In this document: piece after piece, positions 8,142 to 16,336 of the stretch | Layout: every line of letters begins with the position of its first letter | Position numbering within the stretch: position 1 is the stretch's first letter | IMG/VR virus record: IMGVR_UViG_3300028883_000004 | Coordinates: 1-64,000 of that record | Length of the DNA: 64,000 nt | Source of the DNA: a virus | Direction: 5' to 3' (one strand) | The notes under the pieces: generated by a model | Told to the model about the DNA's origin: nothing | Database searches by the model: none | What the model saw: only the letters and a program-made list of their open reading frames with translations | Translations under genes and position numbers: made by a program

Positions 8142-11111
8142 ATGCCGCAAAGACGATATGGACCCACTCAGGGAGCCGGAACGGCCATCATCGAGAGAGA
8201 GGGAGAGAAGGTCATTACTCCTGGTGCTCTCGGCGTTACGGTCTACACTGGCGTCCTGGAGAAGGGAAACGAGGGCGAGCTCATCTACTGCCCTGGGAAA
8301 CGAGACCTTGAGAAGAAAACAGGAGGGTACATCCCTGAGAGCTTCCTTCCCGACTGCGCCAGAGACATGCTGGATGCAGGAGAGGGAGCCGGCGAACTGT
8401 ATCTGATCAGGGTTCAGGACACAGAGCAGCGGAAGGGGTTCACCTTCCTGAAAAGCTCATTCGATCCGAACATGACTTCAGTCGAAGGTGTCGCTCAGGT
8501 GATGATGGACAGTGGAGGTATGTTCCCAAGCAAATCGACGATCGGAGAAATCGCCTATGTCGAAGCTGCAAATGCAGGAAAGTGGTCTGGGCGACGACTC
8601 ATCTTCGGATATTCGATCGACCCCGAAGAGGACAATGTCATTGATGGAAATCAGATCGACATCCTCGGTGGCAATATGGTTAACGGCATCGGTTTCGGAA
8701 ACGACGAACTGAAAGGGGCAACTCTCTACATCGAACCGGTGAAGGGAAAGTCTTACGAAGTCGTCTCGAACAACGGAAGCATCTGCACGCTCCCGATCGA
8801 TGTAAACCTTGAAGCTGACATCATTGCAGCCGGTGGCGTTCCGGAGTACAGGACAAAGCTCCAGGTTCTGGTCGTCCTCGATAACTCCAAAGCCGTTGGC
8901 ATTATGACAAAGACTGGAGCAATGGACGGATTCCACTGGGGAGCAGAAGTCTATTACAACGGAGGAAAGGTCAACGACTGGGCGAACCTGAACACAGACC
9001 TCGATGCAAAGTACGGTTACGTAAACCTGATCAACAACGACGGGAGCAATACCGACATCAAAGTCGAGAATCTGTGGAACGGATCCAAGACATCGCCGAA
9101 GGCCCTTCCCTCTATTCTCTCTGGTCGAGTTTTCGCTTCAGGGGAAATGATCGGAGCTGGCTCCAGTGTATTCATTCAGCTAAACGACATATTCATGAAA
9201 CATGACTTTAGTGATGACGACGCAAGCGATTCTTTTGAAGGAACCCCGATCGACCTTTGGGGACAGCATCCCGATGGTGATCCTTACAAGAATCAACCTG
9301 GACACTTCGAATTCATATGCTTCGAGAAGGAACCTGGAGACCTTCGCTGGAACGTCGTCTTTACTCCTGAGATGTACTACAGGGCGATGCAGAACAACAA
9401 AATCGGTGGCGACGATCCTCCGAATTTTTTCAGACCGTGGCAGTACCTCTGGGAAGCGGAAGCCAGGAGCGATGGAGATTCCGAGGAGATGGAAGATTGG
9501 AATGTCGACCCGCATCAGATCATACCGCCTTTCGTTATCGAACCTCCCGATGAAGGGACCTACACTGCAGGCGACACAATCGAACTTTTTATAGGTGGAC
9601 CGGCACCCGGTTCTCTTGCAGGATGGTTCCTGGTTCCGAATCCGCTTACCGCTCCCAACACAAAGGTTCGAATCGCCAATAACACCTTGGTTGCAATCGA
9701 GGTAAAATCGAGTGTCAATCTCAGTGAGTATTGGCCTGATATGAATCGTACGAATACATTCATGCAACCCGATCCAGACCTTGGTGGTCCGATGCCTTCT
9801 TATAACTGGAACAATTTTATGGAGACGAACTCTCTCGTTCCGAACCATGAGTTTCAGCAGGTATGGGGAAGGGTTGAGAGCGCCGGCGACAAAAACAACT
9901 TCCAGATGTCCTTCTACGACGATGCAGCCTACGGACCTGGGCAGCCTCCAGGAAATCGCCTCAACGTTTATACGGACCTCAAAGATTACTTTGAAGGAAA
10001 CCCACCCGCTGCTCAGCCGCTCAATCCGTTCTTAGGCGATGGTGAAATCTACATCGTTTTCGAAAACGGTGACATCATGTGCATCGAGTTCGACGCCGAC
10101 TACGTTCCTGCAGAACTTGCAAACTTCGCGGAGAACTGGGGATGGTGGTTCGAACTCGGAAACGGACCGTACTTCAAAGTCGAGGCTCCTCAGGAGATGT
10201 GCTATGCGAAAGACGGGCACACGAACCTGAATGACAACGACTACATTGAGGCGGCCTATGATGTCGACCTTACCCCACTCAAGAACCTTTTTGGAAAGAA
10301 GAAAGGACTTGTCAAACTGGCTACTCCTGGAGTAACTGCAACGGCAATTCAGAAAGCCGGCGTTGCTCTGGCGGATGCAATGAACTATCAATACCGCTAC
10401 GAGGTTCCCTCTAACATCGTAACCGAGGATGCGGCTGTCTCCTACATCGAAGACACGCTGGGTAAGAACGACTTCGCAGTCGTAGCTTTCCCCTCCTACG
10501 GGTACGTCAGCGATCCGGAGAAGGAAGGCCTCAAGCTCATCCCACTCACGGGAGCGATTCACGGGAGAGAGGCTGGAGTCGCCAGAGACTACAGCGGGTA
10601 TCATAAACCTGCGGCTGGCGTTTCGGTTACCCTTCCCAGGGTCCTCGCACTTCCGACCGGCGATCGAGTTCTCAACGAGGAGTTCCTCAACCCGAAGGGC
10701 GTCAACATCATCAAGAAGTACAGCGGGAACTTCATCATCTGGGGCAATCGTACACTGGCTCTTGATCCTACCTGGATGTGGAAACATCAGCGCGAGTTGA
10801 TGAGCCATTACGAGCACGACCTTCAGGAGTCCTTCGACTGGATCATCTTCATGCTGAACAACAAGGACACCTGGGCTCTCGCCAAGACGGCTCTCAAGTC
10901 GTACTTCCTTCCGGAGTACACAAAAGGAGCCCTCGATGGAGACTCCTTCGAGAAGGCGTGCAGCATCAAGATCGACAAAGACAACAACAGCAGGCTGGAA
11001 TCCGCTCTCGGAAACCTCAACGCCTCCATTACTCTGAGACTGGTCGACGCCGTGGAACGATTCGTCATCTCCATCGGCAAGGCTGGAATCTTCGAGGACA
11101 CCGCGTCCTAA
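8142..11111 (+). CDS. tail sheath protein (unusually long, 989 aa)
   Basis: SD GAAGGAGGA. The C-terminal region (KGVNIIKKYSGNFIIWGNRTLALDPTWMWKHQRELMSHYEHDLQESFDWIIFMLNNKDTWALAKTALKSYFLPEYTKGALDG) matches the conserved sheath C-terminal domain pattern (G.N.I..G...wGnRTL...). Confidence 0.85.
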   Translation: MPQRRYGPTQGAGTAIIEREGEKVITPGALGVTVYTGVLEKGNEGELIYCPGKRDLEKKTGGYIPESFLPDCARDMLDAGEGAGELYLIRVQDTEQRKGFTFLKSSFDPNMTSVEGVAQVMMDSGGMFPSKSTIGEIAYVEAANAGKWSGRRLIFGYSIDPEEDNVIDGNQIDILGGNMVNGIGFGNDELKGATLYIEPVKGKSYEVVSNNGSICTLPIDVNLEADIIAAGGVPEYRTKLQVLVVLDNSKAVGIMTKTGAMDGFHWGAEVYYNGGKVNDWANLNTDLDAKYGYVNLINNDGSNTDIKVENLWNGSKTSPKALPSILSGRVFASGEMIGAGSSVFIQLNDIFMKHDFSDDDASDSFEGTPIDLWGQHPDGDPYKNQPGHFEFICFEKEPGDLRWNVVFTPEMYYRAMQNNKIGGDDPPNFFRPWQYLWEAEARSDGDSEEMEDWNVDPHQIIPPFVIEPPDEGTYTAGDTIELFIGGPAPGSLAGWFLVPNPLTAPNTKVRIANNTLVAIEVKSSVNLSEYWPDMNRTNTFMQPDPDLGGPMPSYNWNNFMETNSLVPNHEFQQVWGRVESAGDKNNFQMSFYDDAAYGPGQPPGNRLNVYTDLKDYFEGNPPAAQPLNPFLGDGEIYIVFENGDIMCIEFDADYVPAELANFAENWGWWFELGNGPYFKVEAPQEMCYAKDGHTNLNDNDYIEAAYDVDLTPLKNLFGKKKGLVKLATPGVTATAIQKAGVALADAMNYQYRYEVPSNIVTEDAAVSYIEDTLGKNDFAVVAFPSYGYVSDPEKEGLKLIPLTGAIHGREAGVARDYSGYHKPAAGVSVTLPRVLALPTGDRVLNEEFLNPKGVNIIKKYSGNFIIWGNRTLALDPTWMWKHQRELMSHYEHDLQESFDWIIFMLNNKDTWALAKTALKSYFLPEYTKGALDGDSFEKACSIKIDKDNNSRLESALGNLNASITLRLVDAVERFVISIGKAGIFEDTAS

Positions 11112-11123
11112 GACAATCAATCC

Positions 11124-11153
11124 GACCTCCCCTCTGGAGATGGAGGGGAGGTC
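11124..11153 (+). terminator. GC-rich hairpin immediately after the sheath gene
   Basis: GACCTCCCCTC-tggagatg-GAGGGGAGGTC is a perfect 11-bp stem with an 8-nt loop. No T-tract. The 3' arm contains an SD-like GGAGG 6 nt before an in-frame ATG at 11160. Confidence 0.45.
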
Positions 11154-11189
11154 ATAAGAATGAAACGAAATCTGAAGGAGGATAAGAGA

Positions 11190-11510
11190 ATGGCAAAAGG
11201 TAACTTCTCAACATACCTGAAAGAGGGCGGCGGATCCGGCTTCTCGAAGGGTCATACGAAATTCGGGGATGGCAAAGCGGTTGTCGATACCCAGGGACAA
11301 ATCTGGATCAGCGACGTGCTTACGGGAACCGGTGCAGGCATGGAGATTCCGCACGACCTCAACGAAGAGCCCGACAATGTCCTGTTCTGCTCTCAGGGAA
11401 CGCAGGACTACGCCGGAGCCTTCACGATGGAAGGCGTCTCCAAGGACTCCGAGAAAGTCGTCGTGAATGTCACGGCCGGTCTCAAGTTCCAGTTGCTCCT
11501 CCAGCTGTAG
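11190..11510 (+). CDS. hypothetical protein (106 aa; alternative start 11160)
   Basis: ATG 11190 has a strong SD (GAAGGAGGA, 7-nt spacer). Gly-rich N-terminus (GGGSGFSKG). Function unknown. Confidence 0.5.
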   Translation: MAKGNFSTYLKEGGGSGFSKGHTKFGDGKAVVDTQGQIWISDVLTGTGAGMEIPHDLNEEPDNVLFCSQGTQDYAGAFTMEGVSKDSEKVVVNVTAGLKFQLLLQL

Positions 11511-11525
11511 AGGAGCTGTAGCGTA

Positions 11526-12404
11526 ATGGATAAACGACCCCAGGCGGCTTTGGTGGTGGAGATGATAGACCCTCCGTGGGCCTTTTATCGTATCGCCACT
11601 CGGGTCAAAAGGAGGTTCGACGAACTCGGGATCGACAGTCGGATCGTTCTTCAGAAAGAACTGAGGAAGCGAGACAACTTCGACCTGATAGTTGTATTCT
11701 GGTGGGCTTCTGGTGTAAGCATACGAAGCCGCCTGGGGTCGCGACCTTTTGTTGCTACATGCTTCTACGATCACTTCAGCTGGAAGGGAGTGGAGAAAGC
11801 AAGACAGATTGTATCAGAATCAAATCTTATTTTAGCCTGCAATGAAAAACTTCAGGGCGAATTAAGAACTTCATTCGGATGCGAAAGTCATCTTGTAGAA
11901 GATGGAGTCGACACAAAGACTTTCTCGCCTTCTCCTCTCCCTTCCGACTTTTCAGTTGGATGGGTAGGGTCCACTCGATATAACGCCAGAGTAAAATGCC
12001 AATACAATGCAGTGAAAGCCTGCGATGAATTGGGGTTAGACCTCTACGTTGCAGACCCTACAAAGAATCCAATCATATTTGAGGACATGCCAGAGTTCTA
12101 CAAAGGCATTAGTGTTCTTCTAGTCACGAGCAAGGTGGAGGGAACTCCCAACCCTCTGCTGGAAGCGATGGCGTCTGGCCGTCCTGTTATATCCACTAGG
12201 GTTGGTCTTGCAGAGAAGGTCATTAGAAGCGGCGAGAACGGCGTCCTAGTGGACTTTGGAAAGCAACCCCTTGTGAGAGCCCTCCAAGCAATTCAATCGT
12301 CCGATCTAGCTGTAATGGGGAGACTTGCAGCAGATACCACAAAGTCATACGACTGGGAAGGTAAGATTCGGCAATGGGACTACGTCGCAAAAAGCGTTCT
12401 GTAA
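11526..12404 (+). CDS. glycosyltransferase, GT-B fold (GT1/GT4-like)
   Basis: Classic C-terminal GT-B motif: VTSKVEGTPNPLLEAMASGRPVISTRVGLAEKVIRSGENGVLVD. Confidence 0.8.
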   Translation: MDKRPQAALVVEMIDPPWAFYRIATRVKRRFDELGIDSRIVLQKELRKRDNFDLIVVFWWASGVSIRSRLGSRPFVATCFYDHFSWKGVEKARQIVSESNLILACNEKLQGELRTSFGCESHLVEDGVDTKTFSPSPLPSDFSVGWVGSTRYNARVKCQYNAVKACDELGLDLYVADPTKNPIIFEDMPEFYKGISVLLVTSKVEGTPNPLLEAMASGRPVISTRVGLAEKVIRSGENGVLVDFGKQPLVRALQAIQSSDLAVMGRLAADTTKSYDWEGKIRQWDYVAKSVL

Positions 12405-13447
12405 AAAGACAGATTGAACTTCATGCCATTAAGAATAGAGATGCCATCGCTGAGATGCAGAAGATAAAAGCTGTAGGTGGCTTTCAGTCCTTTATGCCTT
12501 ACGACTGTATCAACTGGAAGTGGGAGACGGACAAGCCTCACATTCTCTACGCAATAGACAGGTACGGCTGGGCGTTCTGGAATATAGCCAGAAACGTAAT
12601 GCCAAACCTTCAGAGATACGAAAATTACGAAGTCCCGTTCCTTTCTGTTGCAGAGGGAGGGGATTGCGACGTCGCTATCTGTTTTTGGTGGCAGTCGATC
12701 CTTCGACTAAAGGACAAAATCAAAGCAGGCAAGTGGCTGATGGGTCTCTACGATCACTTTACCTGGAAAGAGAACAATGCAACCTGGAAACCAGCAAACT
12801 CAACTTTCCTTGAGGCTCTAAAAGTATGTGATGGAATATTCGTCTCAAATGAGATGCTGATGAAAGAGGTCTCGGAGTTAACAGACAAACCAATCTATCT
12901 ATGCGAGGATGGAGTCGATACAAAGTTATTCACTGTTCAGGATCGAAACCCAGATCGAATCTTCAAGGTAGGATGGACAGGCAACTCCCTCTCTGGAAAC
13001 GGAGCGATCAAGGGTCTTGATGTTATAAAAGCTGCATGCAATAAAGTAACCAAAGCAAAGATTGCTACAATGTTCCTAGACAGGAAGGGATTTGACACAA
13101 AAGATTTTATCCCTCATGATGAAATGCCGAATGCATTTTACAAAGCAATCGACGCCTACCTTTGCGCATCTGTAGCAGAGGGAACTCCCAACCCATTGCT
13201 TGAGTCCCTCGCCTGTGGCGTTCCAGTCATTACGACCAGAGTTGGTCTCGTAGATAAGTTTGCAAGATGCCCAGGAGTAATTGTTGCAAAGAGAACTCCA
13301 GAGGCGTTTGCCAGGGCGATAGAACGAATGGCAAAACGAGACAGGGTCGAGATAGCAAAGGCCTGCAGGAAAGCTGTGGAGCCCTTCGACTGGAAAATCA
13401 AATCAGAGAACTTCGCCAGGATGATAGAAGATCAACTGGCAAGGTAG
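12374..13447 (+). CDS. glycosyltransferase, GT-B fold (paralogue of 11526-12404)
   Basis: ASVAEGTPNPLLESLACGVPVITTRVGLVDKF. Also shares LYDHFTWK...CEDGVDTKLF...VGWTGN with the upstream gene (FYDHFSWK...VEDGVDTKTF...VGWVGS). Confidence 0.8.
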   Translation: MGLRRKKRSVKRQIELHAIKNRDAIAEMQKIKAVGGFQSFMPYDCINWKWETDKPHILYAIDRYGWAFWNIARNVMPNLQRYENYEVPFLSVAEGGDCDVAICFWWQSILRLKDKIKAGKWLMGLYDHFTWKENNATWKPANSTFLEALKVCDGIFVSNEMLMKEVSELTDKPIYLCEDGVDTKLFTVQDRNPDRIFKVGWTGNSLSGNGAIKGLDVIKAACNKVTKAKIATMFLDRKGFDTKDFIPHDEMPNAFYKAIDAYLCASVAEGTPNPLLESLACGVPVITTRVGLVDKFARCPGVIVAKRTPEAFARAIERMAKRDRVEIAKACRKAVEPFDWKIKSENFARMIEDQLAR

Positions 13448-13461
13448 GAGGAAAGTGGAAA

Positions 13462-14415
13462 ATGGGAAAGACAAACCTTCGAGACAAGATCACGGTTTTC
13501 GTCATTAGCGTAGACGACGGTTCGGAGAGTTATCAGGATTGCATTGCTCATCTGAATAAGCAGGACTCAACCTTTGTTCTCAAGACGATTAAAAACGTCG
13601 TTCCGATGAATAAGGCCTTCCAGCAGATGCTCGACCTCTGCGAGACTCCTTACTTCATCCAAGTCGATCATGATATGAACCTGAACCACGATTCCGTGAG
13701 GAAACTTCTCGACCATCTTACAACGCTAAAGGAGAACACAGCAATCGCCGCCGTCCCTCTCCTTGACCATCATCTATGGCTTCCGATTATAGGTCTCAAA
13801 ATTTACAGGACCGATATCGTAAAGCAGTTTCCTTTCCACGGAAGTCAAGCTTGCGAGATGGATCAGGTGGAGCGACTAAAGGCTGCAGGTTACGAAGTCA
13901 ACATTCTCTGGAGAGGATTTGAAGGGAGCTTTCCATTTTGCTACGGCTCTCACGGAAAGAACTACACGAACCTGCTAGCCTTCGAGGCATATCGAAATCG
14001 GATTGTAAAAACGAGAAAGCACACATGGATAAACTGGGTTCGCGAATTGCCTGCTTTCTTTCTCAGAAGGTACAATGACGACAAGACGATTCCTGCTCAA
14101 AGAAGGGAGCACATAGGAGTCGAAAATGAACTTGACCTCTGGGCATTTCTTGGATGCATGGCAGGAGCCTTTGCGGACTTAACCAAAGAGGAGTCCGAGA
14201 AGGATTACAGGACCTACAGCAAGCTCGGTTTCGAGGCACTCCTTCCCTTGGTGGAAGGGAACTCGGATTTGATCAAAGGACTTCTCCCTGGAGACGAGGA
14301 AAGGGTCAGACAGACGGCGGCAGCCATCTGGACTTCCCTGAACTCCAATGACAGGGTTATAGACCCCGATGAGGTAGAAATCGGGGTCAGATTGACTATG
14401 AAGGGTACAATCTAG
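13462..14415 (+). CDS. glycosyltransferase, GT-A fold (GT2-like)
   Basis: ATG 13462 follows AGGAGGAAAG. The N-terminus (ITVFVISVDDGSESYQDCIAHLNKQD...YFIQVDHDMNL) has the GT2 layout with a DxD-type motif (DHD). The track ORF start at 13267 would overlap the previous gene. Confidence 0.65.
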   Translation: MGKTNLRDKITVFVISVDDGSESYQDCIAHLNKQDSTFVLKTIKNVVPMNKAFQQMLDLCETPYFIQVDHDMNLNHDSVRKLLDHLTTLKENTAIAAVPLLDHHLWLPIIGLKIYRTDIVKQFPFHGSQACEMDQVERLKAAGYEVNILWRGFEGSFPFCYGSHGKNYTNLLAFEAYRNRIVKTRKHTWINWVRELPAFFLRRYNDDKTIPAQRREHIGVENELDLWAFLGCMAGAFADLTKEESEKDYRTYSKLGFEALLPLVEGNSDLIKGLLPGDEERVRQTAAAIWTSLNSNDRVIDPDEVEIGVRLTMKGTI

Positions 14416-14448
14416 GAGAGAATCGCCCAGAATCCCGCTATTCAGCGG

Positions 14449-14470
14449 CATAGAGCGGCGATAGAGCGGC
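14449..14470 (+). promoter_or_regulatory. tandem CATAGAGCGGCGA / GATAGAGCGGC motif in an intergenic region
   Basis: Two overlapping direct copies. The 13-mer recurs in inverted orientation at 61303-61315, in another intergenic region. Confidence 0.25.
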
Positions 14471-14542
14471 TTTCTAGGGCAGAGTAGGGGAAAGAGACCC
14501 CGGAACCATACAAACCGCTTAGAACGGCGGAGAGGAGGTCAA

Positions 14543-15661
14543 ATGAGACCAACTGGAAAGATCGAGGAAGTCAAAGGACCTCTCCTGCTGATCGGGGACG
14601 AGGACCCCTGGAGTAGGAAGGTGAGGAAGGAACTCGCAGACGACCCGCTCGGAAGGACGGCTGTGCAACTCGTAAAGGACCCGGACATGCCGGCTCCTGA
14701 GACCGAATTCTGGGAATGGGCTCACAAGGAATACGCCGACCTCGAAATGATCGCAGGGCGGTGGCCGAAGAACAAATGGATCCAAGACAGGATTGATTCT
14801 CTTCGTCCGATCGTCAAGAGCATCATGGAGAACGGATACCAGAAACATTATCATCCGAATTATGAAGTCTGGGAACACGACGACGGGACTCTGTACCCGG
14901 TGGGACCGATCACCATCTGGATAGGACCTCATGGCAACTTCCTTCTGGAGAAGGTTGACGGCTTCCGTCGGATGTGTGTATTGGTTGCTCTTGGTCTCCC
15001 TATCGTTGCAATGGTTGCCGGGCGCGACCAGAGATGGGAGAAACTCAGAGCAGACCTTCGTCTGGATAGACAGGGTCGTAAATATCTGTACTCGTACATC
15101 GCTCATCCGGACTTCGCCGATTGGGAGGTCGCCTATGCTGACACAGAGAAGTACGACTGCATCGTCGACGAGATCGCGAAGGTCGGTCCAGGTTCCCTTC
15201 TGGATGTAGGGACCCACTTCGGATACATGCCTTTCAGACTGGCTGAAGCAGGTCTGTTGAAGGGAGAGGTCCTCGCGGTTGAGAACTACGGCATCTGGGC
15301 GGCGGTAGCCGATTCGGTTCTGATGCAGTATGGATACAATGCAACGCTCTCTGACATCTACCCCACCATGCTTCGAGTGGAAGGGCAAAAATTCAATAAC
15401 GGAGTGATGCTGGCTATCGTCTATCATCTCCTTCGAGTGAAGGGAGATAAACTCGCGAAGGAAATCATTCAGCGAGTTGGAGCTGCATGCGATCGAATCT
15501 TCTTCGACGACTTCGTTGCAGGACGAGAGAACGTCGGCAGTTCACGGATCAGAAACATCGTGAAGGTTCTCCCGAAGTGGGCAGGTCATGGGAAGGCCAG
15601 AAGGATAGGGACTGACAACTTCGCAAATAGAGGCATCTGGGTCTGCGAAAAAAAGGACTAG
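14543..15661 (+). CDS. ParB/Srx-like domain fused to a class I SAM-dependent methyltransferase
   Basis: The central segment (IWIGPHGNFLLEKVDGFRRMCVLVALGLPIVAMV) resembles the ParB-like DGxHR core. Downstream, SLLDVGTHFGYMPFRLAEAG...VLAVEN is SAM-binding motif I plus the acidic post-I residue. Confidence 0.6.
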   Translation: MRPTGKIEEVKGPLLLIGDEDPWSRKVRKELADDPLGRTAVQLVKDPDMPAPETEFWEWAHKEYADLEMIAGRWPKNKWIQDRIDSLRPIVKSIMENGYQKHYHPNYEVWEHDDGTLYPVGPITIWIGPHGNFLLEKVDGFRRMCVLVALGLPIVAMVAGRDQRWEKLRADLRLDRQGRKYLYSYIAHPDFADWEVAYADTEKYDCIVDEIAKVGPGSLLDVGTHFGYMPFRLAEAGLLKGEVLAVENYGIWAAVADSVLMQYGYNATLSDIYPTMLRVEGQKFNNGVMLAIVYHLLRVKGDKLAKEIIQRVGAACDRIFFDDFVAGRENVGSSRIRNIVKVLPKWAGHGKARRIGTDNFANRGIWVCEKKD

Positions 15662-15832
15662 ACAGGTGCAGAGTGCAATCTGTAGTTTCGGAATAGTCAT
15701 GGCGAATGGAGCTTTCCCAAACCTTATCGCCCAAGAAGCGAAGGGATGGTCGAAGCGATCCTTTAGACACCTCGCCTTTTTAGTATCCGACCACAAGGGA
15801 AAGAAAGTTCAAACCGTAAAGGAGTTCTGAAG

Positions 15833-16273
15833 ATGAAACGCGGAGAGATCGAAAAGGATCAAGTGAACCTTAACAAGTTCACCCTGTTCGTCATCGGACT
15901 TCCGCCCATCAAGTTTACGGAGACCGGAGAACTGGAGCAGGAAATCAAAAAGATGGTCCTGCCCGACGGAACGGCCCGCTCGACGGGGATCACCGACCCC
16001 TTCGACTTCCCGGCAAGCATGATGATGCACCACGTTATCGAGCTCGCCGCGATGGAACTCTGGTGGGTGGAATGTCAGGACCCGGTTATGCCGACGGCCT
16101 ACAAGCCGGGGACGATGATTTACAAGTCGGCTTCGGAGGCCCTTCAGTTGACCCTCGTCCTGGAGAGTCTGTTCTTGACGAAACGGAAGTATCCGGGCGG
16201 CGACACCCGGAGCGAAGAAGCAGGCAAGGTCGAGTGGACCTTCTCCTGCGATAACATGCTCCCTCCGGTGTAA
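15833..16273 (+). CDS. putative tail tube protein
   Basis: SD AAGGAG 8 nt upstream. 146 aa and beta-rich. Ending (KVEWTFSCDNMLPPV) is typical of tube-family proteins. Lies directly upstream of the chaperone and tape measure genes. Confidence 0.45.
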   Translation: MKRGEIEKDQVNLNKFTLFVIGLPPIKFTETGELEQEIKKMVLPDGTARSTGITDPFDFPASMMMHHVIELAAMELWWVECQDPVMPTAYKPGTMIYKSASEALQLTLVLESLFLTKRKYPGGDTRSEEAGKVEWTFSCDNMLPPV

Positions 16274-16336
16274 GCGATGCACCCTAACGGAGCCAAACGC
16301 CTTCACAACCAAGAAGGACTTGGGAGGTAAGAAACC

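Noticed and set aside
14422-14432. ATCGCCCAGAA-like box seen in three intergenic regions (14422, 15726 as ATCGCCCAAGAA, 61326 as GAGCCCAGAA), and as an exact 14-mer GAATCGCCCAGAAT inside the Rad50-like gene (about 55517).
   Set aside because: Matches of 9-11 nt among ~2 kb of non-coding DNA are expected by chance, as is a 14-mer match across 64 kb. Distances to the downstream start codons are inconsistent (24-111 nt).
15699-15830. 43-aa ORF in the gap upstream of the putative tube gene.
   Set aside because: It has a weak SD, is short and has no motif. The region is more likely regulatory.
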